A DNA stretch of 19,419 nt, from positions 1 to 19,419 of the forward strand of contig JBNAWM010000013.1 of the NCBI GenBank assembly GCA_049699855.1, written 5' to 3'. Positions within the stretch are counted from its first letter, which is position 1, and each line of letters starts with the position of its first letter. The notes below the pieces were generated by a model. It searched no databases. It saw nothing but the letters and a program-made list of their open reading frames with translations, and was not told where the DNA came from. This DNA is from Candidatus Cryosericum sp. Lineage in GTDB: Bacteria; Caldisericota; Caldisericia; Cryosericales; Cryosericaceae. Positions 1-8,629 of the stretch are shown one piece after another. A program made the translations under genes and the position numbers.

Positions 1-2
1 GA

Positions 3-536
3 TCTGCGCCGCAGCAAGTAACCTACGTTGAGGTCGCAGCGTTGGCGGCTGACCCCACTGACGGCCGGCACTTCCTTGCCATCGTCAGCGGAGACGGTTT
101 GTGGGAATCAACCAATGGTGGGCTCCTGTGGAAGAGCGTCCAGCTCACAGACCGCCCGATGCTGGGCAGTTCTGCCGACCTCAGCTGGCTGTCCAGTGTG
201 CTCGTCGAGTCGTCATCAAGAATGTACGTCGGTTCATTGGCTCGGGGCATCTGGACCGGTGCACCAGGTGATACCTGGACGCCCATCAACAAGGGACTGT
301 CCCGGATCGGTGTCTACTACGGTTCTGTCCAGGCGCTGGCAAAGGATGGGAGGGGGTGCCTGTTTGCTGGCACGTCGAGCGGAGGTGTCTTTGTGTTGTT
401 GCCGGGCGAGACTCGCTGGCTGCGGATGAACCAAGGGTTATCGTCGCTTGGCGGACAGACGTTGACGGTAAGCACGGATCCAGGGGTGCTGTACTGCGCC
501 ATGGATAGCATGGTGTACCGGTGCAGGATTCCGTGA
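3..536 (+). CDS. 3' part of a BNR/Asp-box beta-propeller repeat protein (sialidase-like/VPS10-like fold); 5' end outside window
   Basis: Frame open from position 3 to TGA 534-536. Repeated blade motifs GLWESTNGGLLW, GIWTGAPGDTWTPINKGL, GGVFVLLPGETRWLRMNQGL. Confidence 0.7.
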   Translation, partial: SAPQQVTYVEVAALAADPTDGRHFLAIVSGDGLWESTNGGLLWKSVQLTDRPMLGSSADLSWLSSVLVESSSRMYVGSLARGIWTGAPGDTWTPINKGLSRIGVYYGSVQALAKDGRGCLFAGTSSGGVFVLLPGETRWLRMNQGLSSLGGQTLTVSTDPGVLYCAMDSMVYRCRIP

Positions 537-555
537 AGAGGGTGACAGCGTGCGC

Positions 556-1254
556 CTAGTCCTGCTGTGGCTCCTTTACAGGTGGCCGCAGGATGCCATA
601 GCCCCGCCCCCGTTCCGTCGTGATGAGGGGAACGTGCGGATCAGTGTCCACTTTCGCACGGACGTACCGAACGTGTGTCCGCAGGGTGTCGGACCACAGT
701 GAGGTCTGCTCACCCCACAGGTGATCCTCAAGTTCCTCGCGGGGGACGATGCGTCCCTGATTGCGCAGGAGGTACTCCAGCAGTTGCTCTTCCTTGGGAC
801 TCAGGACTACCGGCTGTCCCGCCACCATGCAGAGATGCGACGCCACATCCAGCACGACCCTCCCCGCAGTAAGAACAGTCGTCTTTGCGTCGTTGCGTCG
901 CCGAAGCAACGCGCGCACACGCGCCAGCAGTTCACTCAGATCGAACGGCTTGGTAAGGTAGTCATCGGCGCCGGTGTCGAGGCCCGTCACCTTGTCCCTG
1001 GTCATGTCACGTGCCGTCAGGATCAGGACCGGCATGGCGTACCCTTCGGAGCGGATAGTCCGCAGGAACGTCAGCCCGTCCATATGCGGCATCATCAGAT
1101 CCAGCAGAATCAGGTCATATGCTTGTTCGACGTGTACCTTTCCCAATGCATCCCGTCCATCAGCGGCGGTGTCGACAGTCAGTCGCTCATGTGTCAGGGC
1201 ATCGGACAGAGCGGACAACATCGTCGGCTCGTCTTCAACGATCAGTACTCGCAC
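556..1254 (-). CDS. OmpR/PhoB-family DNA-binding response regulator (orphan; divergent from peptide operon 1)
   Basis: Receiver motifs LIVEDE, DLILLDLMMP, LILTAR, GADDYLTKPF. Winged-helix end ITTERGRGY. GTG start with AGGAGG just upstream on the minus strand. Confidence 0.95.
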   Translation of the reverse strand: MRVLIVEDEPTMLSALSDALTHERLTVDTAADGRDALGKVHVEQAYDLILLDLMMPHMDGLTFLRTIRSEGYAMPVLILTARDMTRDKVTGLDTGADDYLTKPFDLSELLARVRALLRRRNDAKTTVLTAGRVVLDVASHLCMVAGQPVVLSPKEEQLLEYLLRNQGRIVPREELEDHLWGEQTSLWSDTLRTHVRYVRAKVDTDPHVPLITTERGRGYGILRPPVKEPQQD

Positions 1255-1286
1255 GCATTCCCTCCTGGATGGCCTTTTTCAATTTA

Positions 1287-1295
1287 AGTATACCA
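1287..1295 (-). promoter_or_regulatory. Candidate extended -10 (TG-G-TATACT) for the response regulator gene
   Basis: Reverse complement of agtatacca (1287-1295) is TGGTATACT, about 30 nt upstream of the start codon in an AT-rich patch. Confidence 0.5.
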
Positions 1296-1333
1296 TACAT
1301 TTCGTGCTTACAGATACGGCGGACAGGCATCCC

Positions 1334-1365
1334 TTAACGCTCAGTTAACATTGGAGGTGTATGGT
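1334..1365 (+). promoter_or_regulatory. OmpR-type direct-repeat operator plus -10 box of peptide operon 1
   Basis: TTAACG(1334-1339)-ctcag-TTAACA(1345-1350)-TTGGAGGTG-TATGGT(1360-1365). 26/32 identical to the element at 13259-13290 on the minus strand. Confidence 0.75.
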
Positions 1366-1406
1366 TCCTGTACAGCCGCGTGGCTGAATCGGGTAAGGAC
1401 GCACAT

Positions 1407-1655
1407 ATGAAGAAGCGAAGGACCGTACTCCTGTGGACCATTGGTCTCATTGTGCTGCTTCTGGTCTCAATCGTTGTCCCTGGTGTTCATGCGGTGTCTG
1501 CCGATTGTTATTACAACTGTTACTGGGAGACCGCCTGTATCGTCAACCACCAGACGGGATGTGAACAGATCTTTGGCGTGATAACGTTGATCAACGGTGA
1601 ATGGGTTTGTCTCGAACAGTGCGCTAATCCTTGCTCTACTAACTATCTGAAGTAA
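1407..1655 (+). CDS. Secreted cysteine-rich small peptide A (82 aa; about 50-aa mature region with 7 Cys)
   Basis: ATG 1407 after AAGGA. Basic n-region MKKRR, hydrophobic h-region, VHA/VSA signal peptidase I-type site. Mature DCYYNCYWETAC...CLEQCANPCSTNYLK. First gene after the conserved promoter. Confidence 0.8.
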   Translation: MKKRRTVLLWTIGLIVLLLVSIVVPGVHAVSADCYYNCYWETACIVNHQTGCEQIFGVITLINGEWVCLEQCANPCSTNYLK

Positions 1656-1685
1656 CTGAAGATGACAAAGGGAGGGCATGATGCC

Positions 1686-4259
1686 ATGAATTACAGAATC
1701 TCACGACGCATGATCGTAGTGTTCGTCGTGCTCCTGCTCACCAGCATCATCGCCACCTCGGTCGCCGCCATGGGCCTCGCGCTGCGCTCAGCTCAACGGG
1801 AGAGCAAGGAGGAAGAGCTGCGCAAGATGGGGTGCGACGTCGTCGATGTCCTGTGTGCCAGTCGAGTAATCACGGAGGCAGGGGCGAAAACCAGTCTTGC
1901 CATGTACCGATCAGTGGGGCTGAGCCCTTCATTCACAGCGGGTACGTCCCCGACGGGCATGATGGACATCATGATGAAGGGGTTCCTTCAGGCAAAAGAG
2001 TTTTCGTTTACGATAACTGCTCCCGTCAACGATCCTGCCAACAAAGGGGTTGGCGGGACAACGTCGGTGTTCTCTGCGATGGACTTCGCAGCTATGCGGC
2101 GCATCCCCGGCGTACGCGACTTGTGGCTCAAGACCTTCGGAACCTCGCTCCTGACGCTTTCCGTCAGTGGCAGACAGCAGATGGTCCCCAGTCTTCCCAT
2201 GTCACCCGGTCAGCTGACTCTCTGGAACTTCACCATCGAGCGCAGGAGGGACTTCACCGTGTCTGATGGGCAGAATGATGTCATTATCGGCAGCACGCTG
2301 GCCGTCCTCCTGTTTTCCAGCGGGGACCCGGTAGGCCAGACCATCTCTGATGGGATTCGGACATATCGTGTCATCGGTGTCCTGGCCAAGAAAGAGGAGG
2401 GCTTGGCTTCATCGAGTGGCTACCTCTCCCCATACAGTGACCCAAACTCTACCATCTTCCGCTACGCTCCTGCCACCCCTGTCGGCCAGGAAAAGGACAC
2501 GCCGATGATCCAGATCCTAACGGAACCCGGTACCAACCCTGACATTGCCGGGGCGGGGTCCTCCACATGTTCCGCTTCAAAGAGAATGCGGATACCACTT
2601 TGCAGGCCAGTTCGCGCAACAACATGGTCCCCAGCGTGGTTGGGATCACCGTGCGGACCAGAACTCTGTCCCTGCTGACCGGGTACGCCCTCCTCACGCT
2701 TGTTGGCTGCCTCCTGGCTGTGGCAGTCTCCCTGTACACCGAGTTCGCCACCCGGGTCCGGTCCGTTGCCGTCCGGCGCGCACTGGGCACTTCGCGTCGT
2801 TCAGTGACCCTGGGGTTAATAGCAGAGGCATGTTTAATGGCTATAGCCGCCTGGGGGTTTTCCAGCCCTATTCTCCTTACCTTGACAACGAATACTGCAG
2901 ACCCTGCTTCAGAGTGGCGCCGTCGATGTCATCAACGAGAGTCGCTCTGCAGCGGTCACCAGTATAGGACCTGGCTACCTGGATCTCTCCCTGCGCCTTT
3001 CTCCACTTGCCTTCCTGGCATCCCTCGTGCTGCTTCTGGTCATTGCTATCCTGTCCGCTCTCATCCCTGCATGGGGCATCTTCCACATTAACCCCGGTAC
3101 CGGCATCCGGTTCCGCGGCGGGGTCCACTCACGCTTCGACGTCCTGAAGCTGGACCTGTGGGGCTCGCTGGCGGTTGCTCTGTGCCTACTGTTCGCCTTG
3201 CTCCCTCTGTCTGAGCTGTCTCTCGGGCTTCAGCGCGACCGCGAGTTCGCGCTACTCCTCGGACGCAATGTGGCCCGCATCAGCACATCCTCTAGCACGC
3301 CGGTCACTCCCGAACAGCTGCAGCAGATCAAGGATTGCCTGGGGCAAGCCGGCTATCCGATAGCCGAGCTCAAGAATACACAGATCTTCTGGACCAGCGC
3401 CGAAGGGGACCCCCATCAGTGGATCAGGGTTGTGTCCGGCGATACCGCCTTGCCCACCTTCTACGGACTTACACTTACGCAGGGGACCAGAATGGGGATG
3501 TCACCGGAGGTCTCTGGTCTCGAAGCGGTTGTGGGTCCTGACGTCTGGAAGATGCTCCACGAGACCCCCAACCAGGGAGAAGGCAGCCTGGGTTCCACCT
3601 TGCTGAGCAGCGGCGCGGTCCGGATCGTGGGCCAGTTTGACGTTACCGACAGTTCTACCATGAACCGTACCCTCTTCACGACCCTCGATACACGGACCAG
3701 CATGTGGGTAGGAAGCAGCAAGAGCACCACTCTGCTCGTTGCAGGGGTCCAGCCAGGCGTGCTGCAGATTGTTGAGGACATAGTGCGTTCCTGTGTCTCC
3801 CCCGCTGTAGTTGCCTCTCTGGGATTCCTCGACGGAGGCGCCCTGGTAAACGCCATCGATGCATCGACTCAGGCGCTCGCCGGCTTCCTCATGCTGTTCG
3901 CTGCCTTTGGGCTCCTGGAGGGCTTTGTCGTCTTCGCCAATCAACTCTACCTGTATGCCCAGCTCAAGGGACGGGACACGGCCGTCCGCAAGGCCCTGGG
4001 GACATCTCAGGCGCAGCTCACACGGCTCCACCTGACCCACAACGTCCTGGTCGCTGGCATCTCGGTCGTCATCGGGACGCTCCTGATGGTGCTGGTAGCG
4101 GTCGCGACCGAGCGGCCATCGTATGCCATCACGTCGACGTCGTTCCCATGGTTGGTCGTCGCCTGCCTGCTTGCCTTCATCGTGTCACTCGTCGCTGCTC
4201 GGAGCCAGGCCCGGCGTTCAGGGAATGTCCTTCCTTCCCGTGAACTGAGGAACCTGTAA
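1686..4259 (+). pseudogene. Duplicated MacB/FtsX-type ABC permease, broken by two frameshifts (about 2550-2558 and about 2885-2891)
   Basis: Three ORF pieces join into one reading frame of about 857 codons. MacB periplasmic motifs VIIGSTLA..LF..GDPVGQTI..YRVIGVL. Two FtsX signatures, VAVRRALGTS and TAVRKALGTS. Colinear with the intact paralog at 9245-11686. GGAGG at 1671-1675. Confidence 0.8.
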
Positions 4260-4280
4260 CTACACCTAGGAGGAGCAACT

Positions 4281-4949
4281 ATGATCCGGCCGACCAACAT
4301 TCAGAAGGTGTACGATGGTGTGCGCGTTCAGGTACGGGCATTGCAGGGGGTAGATCTGACGCTCGAGAACGGTGACTACGTCTCTATTCGAGGACGATCG
4401 GGATCGGGCAAGACGACCCTGCTCAACGTTGTGGGAACATTGGACACGCCTACGGACGGCAAGGTCCTGTATGATGCGATCGACCCGTTCAAGTTCGACG
4501 ATGCGGAGTTGTCCCGATTCCGCAATCACAGGATCGGTTTCGTGTTTCAGGAGTTCGAACTGCTGCCGGAGTTGTCGGTCTTGGACAATGTGGCGCTCGT
4601 CCCCCGTATCGGAGGCGTGAAGAGGAAGGAGGCCCAGCGGATGGCTGCAGCCGTCCTGGAACGTGTCGGCATGACCGATCGCATGCAGCACTATCCATCC
4701 GAACTCTCCGGTGGTGAGAAGCAGCGAGTCGCTGTAGCGCGTGCCATCGTCAACGACCCAGAAATCATCCTGTGTGACGAACCCACCGACGAACTGGACG
4801 AAGCAAATGTGACTGCCGTCATGCAGGTGCTGGATGACCTCAACCACTCGGGCAAGACTCTCCTGGTGGTTACGCACTCCGACGAGGTGGCGGAAAATGC
4901 GCACCGACGCATGTACATGGTGGATGGAGCCCTGAATGAGGCCTCGTAG
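4281..4949 (+). CDS. ABC transporter ATP-binding protein, LolD/MacB family
   Basis: Walker A GRSGSGKT, Q-loop IGFVFQ, signature LSGGEKQRVA, Walker B IILCDEPT, H-loop VTH. RBS AGGAGG. Confidence 0.95.
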   Translation: MIRPTNIQKVYDGVRVQVRALQGVDLTLENGDYVSIRGRSGSGKTTLLNVVGTLDTPTDGKVLYDAIDPFKFDDAELSRFRNHRIGFVFQEFELLPELSVLDNVALVPRIGGVKRKEAQRMAAAVLERVGMTDRMQHYPSELSGGEKQRVAVARAIVNDPEIILCDEPTDELDEANVTAVMQVLDDLNHSGKTLLVVTHSDEVAENAHRRMYMVDGALNEAS

Positions 4950-6057
4950 ACGAGGGATCGTCCTGATCGCGGCAGCCGTTGTGGGCGTGGCAGCCATGAT
5001 CGCCGTCATCCTGATGGCTCGCTCATCGGGGGCGCAACGGTCTGCACTGGCAACGGCCCGCTCGCAGCTTGAGCAGGAACAGGCAGCTGCCCTGAACCCG
5101 GGTGATTTATTCCCCCTCGACAGCCTTCCGACCACAGCAAATGGAGCTGCGATCCAGTTGCGTGGCACTCAAACGTGCTGCATCATTGCCGCCCCGGGTT
5201 GTGCTTCGTGCTCGGAGTATGCAGGGGTGGCCGAAGGACTGGGTGTGGCATACCCGGGTATTCAGTTTGTCCTCCTGATGGTGGGGACAGATGGAAGTGG
5301 TGTCGTTGCTGGGCCGCACATGCGGCTGGCAGTCGACCAGGAGAGGAAAGCCGCCAGCAAGTTGAGCGGCCACGACGCTGTTGCCACGGCGGTCTTTCTC
5401 ATCAGGGAGAATGGTACGATTGCGTGGAAGGCAATAGGCGTCAAGCTGCAACTGGTATGGAACGAGTTGAACGAGGCGTTGGGCCAGTTCAGTCACTCTC
5501 AATCAGGGGTGCTCTCGGGCAGCGAGGTAACGCCGAAGGTGGGCGAGAAGCTGGTGTCCCCCTTGTGCGCCGGGACCCCTGTGGCCCCAGTCTCCACGGA
5601 CAGAGATACTGTCTTCCTGCTGTCTCATTCAACCTATCTGAGTACAGACAGCATGAAGCTGCAGGCAGACTTGCTTGCACAGCTGAGCGATGTGGCTGAC
5701 CCCGTCCTTGTTGTGTCTATCTATGACGAAGCGCGCTGGCGTGCCGCACTTGACTATCACGACCTGTACAGCTCGAAGTCTACCCAGACATCAGCGCAGA
5801 ATATGCGCCTAGTTCCCTCCATCAACCGGGGTGAGGTGGCCAAGGTCGAGGAGTATGTCGATCAACACCATCTCGGCGTCACGGTCATCGCCGATACGTG
5901 CTGGTCCTATGTGTTGACATACGGACAGTCATCCTCCACGAGTCTGATCGTCGTGGCTCCGGACCGCACCGTGAAAGCAGTGGTCCCGTACAGCCTTACG
6001 GGTTCATCCGCAGACAGAACGCTCGCCCGCTACGTGAGGAGCATCGTCCGTCATTGA
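4936..6057 (+). CDS. Membrane-anchored tandem thioredoxin-fold (TlpA/ResA/redoxin-like) protein, CASC in domain 1
   Basis: N-terminal TM helix; LNPGDLFP, APGCASC, VFLIRENGTIAWK. Second redoxin-like domain (PKVGEK...VTVIAD...LIVVAPDRTVK) lacks CxxC. Overlaps the ATPase stop. Homologous to 12009-13124. Confidence 0.7.
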   Translation: MRPRRRGIVLIAAAVVGVAAMIAVILMARSSGAQRSALATARSQLEQEQAAALNPGDLFPLDSLPTTANGAAIQLRGTQTCCIIAAPGCASCSEYAGVAEGLGVAYPGIQFVLLMVGTDGSGVVAGPHMRLAVDQERKAASKLSGHDAVATAVFLIRENGTIAWKAIGVKLQLVWNELNEALGQFSHSQSGVLSGSEVTPKVGEKLVSPLCAGTPVAPVSTDRDTVFLLSHSTYLSTDSMKLQADLLAQLSDVADPVLVVSIYDEARWRAALDYHDLYSSKSTQTSAQNMRLVPSINRGEVAKVEEYVDQHHLGVTVIADTCWSYVLTYGQSSSTSLIVVAPDRTVKAVVPYSLTGSSADRTLARYVRSIVRH

Positions 6058-6146
6058 TGAAGAGGAGCGGGCTGAGGGGGAATGATGTGGTGGAGGTTTG
6101 TCTCCAGCGTGAGACTGGACACGAGAACTTACAGTGGAGGTACAAC

Positions 6147-7325
6147 ATGAGCACAAGAGCACGTCTTGCAGTGGTATTGGTCATACTCATCGGCGTCGTT
6201 GCCGGGTGTGCACCAAAGATCCCGGTGACTGAGAATAACGGCACGAGCATTGAAATCAGCGCGATGGTGAAGGCCAATGCCGAATCGCCGGGATACGACG
6301 TCTACGATGCAGTCCTATTGTCGTGGAACGTGAGTCAGAACAGACTGGCGAGCACCAGTGCCCCCGTCCTTCACGTGAACGACAAGAATATTGGGTATGG
6401 ACTGCATTGGTCTGCTGGGACACCTCTCCTTGCCGTCTAGCACTGGGGTCGGGAAGGAACATCAACGGAGGCGACGGCGCTTCTCACGGTGACGTCAGAC
6501 GATGCCCAGCTCCTCGTGCCACCGGAGGAGATATGGTATTCCCAGCAAGCAGGAGGCTCTGTTTGCCGATGGTACGCGCCGGAAGAGCATGCCTTCGTCG
6601 CGGCTCCAAGGGAGCTCAATGCGGCTCCACAGAAGACATTGAACGGCAAAGCCATCACGGTAACACAATATCCTCTTGCATCGGGATTCACCATGCAGAC
6701 TCTGAGCGTTCCGATTCCATCCGGCCTGATGCAAGTCATGGTCGTCTATGGTAGTGGAAGCCTCGATAGCGGATTTGTCCTTGCTGACGTGCCCAGCGCT
6801 GCCGCCACCAATGACGCAGGATTCGATCTCTGGCTTATTCGTATGAGCGGTGGGAAGGGGACATGGATGAAATGCAGCAATGCATCAGGCTTTGATGGCA
6901 ATCTTGTGACGGACGCTGATGCAAGTTTCGCCCGCATCGGATCACTGCTCTATTTCACCCATGGACATGGAAAAGTCTACTGCATCGATACAGTAGCGGC
7001 CGTTCCCGCGGTGACTGTGCCCGAGAAGGTCAACGTGCTTCTGGATCAGCTCTATCAACAGGGTCCGACGGATGCCGAGCGACCGCTCCAGGCTTCGTTG
7101 GCAAGCGAAGGTGACCTGCTGATCATCGGGTATCCGGACGCCGGATGGAACGAGCTGTACTACGCGCTGGATTCCTCTGGCAAGGTTCTGGGGCGCCTCC
7201 GTGCAACCGAGGCGTCGGTGACGAGTTTCGATGCTCAGGATCGGCAGGGTTTCTCCTTGCCGCTCAGGGGTATGCAGTGGACAGTTCTGTTCCCGTCGGT
7301 GGACCTGTTTAAGGGCACCCTATAG
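6147..7325 (+). pseudogene. Lipoprotein of unknown function (about 392 codons) interrupted by in-frame TAG at 6438-6440
   Basis: GGAGG 6136-6140, ATG 6147, lipobox VVAG-C. After the TAG the same frame continues without a stop (HWGREGTSTEATALLTVTSDD...) to TAG 7323-7325. Confidence 0.65.
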
Positions 7326-7357
7326 GCGAGCAAGATGGTTTCATGGGACGGTTGACC

Positions 7358-8629
7358 ATGAGAAGGGCCGGTGTCGTACTTGTTGCAATGGTCTGCCTCG
7401 CCTTCCTTCTTCCTGGCTGTGCCGAGAAGACCACCGGAGTCTCTGACAATACCTCTGCTACTCCTGTCCCGATCGCCGTCTTCCTTTCTGAAATCTGTGG
7501 CGAGTGCCGGGAGGTTGCTGTCTATCTTGACCAGCTGACTGCCTCTGGCATCCCCGTTGAGGTCCATCGGTACAGCTTTGGGGATCTCACCAGCGCATCC
7601 CTTCGCCACAACCTGGACCTCCTCTACAACGTTCCTGAGGAAGACTGGTATGTGATCCCGATTGTTTTCATCGGCAGGACTGTCCTCATCCGTGCAGACG
7701 ACATCCAATCTCGCCTCCCTTCTCTCCTTGTCACTGTAACTGCCCAGGATACTGCCTTTCTCCTCAGTCATCTGACAACAACAACGACAGCACCAGATAC
7801 TTCGCAGTCAGCCTCCACTCTTTCCATCGGTACGGTCCTTGGTGCCGGTCTGATCGACGGCATCAATCCCTGTGCCTTTGCCACCCTCCTCTTCTTCCTC
7901 TCCTACATCATTCTCCGCAGTGGTTCCCGCAGACAGATCCTCCTGACAGGCTGCTCCTTTGCTGCTGGTATCTTCTGTGCCTACTTCCTTGCCGGTCTTG
8001 GTCTGGAGCGGGTCGTCACCAGTACCAGCTGGTTCAGTACCATCGCCCGCTGGTTCTACGGGGTCCCTGGTCTCCTGTCCGCCTTCCTTGCTGCCCTTTC
8101 CTTCCGTGATGCAGTCCGTTCTGCTCATGGACATGCTCAGGAGATGACCCTGCAGCTCCCCGGAGAGGAGAAGAGCAGGATCCGTTCCCTGATCCGTGCC
8201 GTCGCAGGCAGCCGCCTGATGCCAGTCTGAGCATTCCTCGTCGCATTCCCGGTAGCTCTTCTGGAGTTCCTCTGCACGGGCCAGACCTACCTGCCGACCA
8301 TCGGACTCATCATTGCCAACCAGGGTCTTCACAGCCATGCTGTCCTCCTGCTTCTCCTGTACAACCTCCTGTTTATCCTCCCCCTTCTTGTCATCACCGT
8401 CCTTGCAGCAGCAGGGGTCTCCTCCGAGCGTCTGCGCTCCTGGTTCACCCGCCATCTTCCTGCCTCCAAGCTGCTCGACGGTCTCCTCTTCACCCTCTTT
8501 GCCGTCCTGTTCCTGTCCAGGTGGTGGAAAGGAAGGTACGTAGGCGTATCGTTGCTCTTCGATCCGACCGTCGACCAAATGGATACATCTCGTGGCCCTG
8601 TCTGCGATCTCAAGATTGTGGGTCACTAG
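7358..8629 (+). pseudogene. Lipoprotein thioredoxin/glutaredoxin-like domain (CGEC) fused to CcdA/DsbD-type transmembrane domain; in-frame TGA at 8228-8230; natural 3' end apparently missing
   Basis: Lipobox-like LLPG-C, SEICGEC, VIPIVFIG, then GLIDGINPCAF. Past the TGA the same frame gives LLEFLCTGQTYLP and YNLLFILPL, the second Cys-containing half of CcdA/DsbD-like proteins. Frame runs into the convergent ATPase gene until TAG 8627-8629. Confidence 0.8.

Noticed and set aside
1351..1387. GGAGG-NGT-ATG in the shared motif as RBS plus start of a leader peptide
   Set aside because: Spacing is only 3 nt, and the resulting peptides (8 aa at 1361; 24 aa from 13263 on minus) are unrelated. The -10 interpretation fits better.
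6438..8230. Stop-codon recoding (pyrrolysine at TAG 6438, selenocysteine or Trp at TGA 8228, alternative genetic code)
   Set aside because: TAG and TGA end intact genes normally in this window (for example 4949, 16442, 14446, 17257). The TGA is not at a catalytic Cys position, and frameshifts in the same operon point to decay.
7808..8550. Genuine C-terminal domain on the 470-aa ATPase
   Set aside because: It is the antisense read of the pyrimidine-rich ccdA-like gene (E/K/G/Q-rich, no motif) and results from a missing stop.
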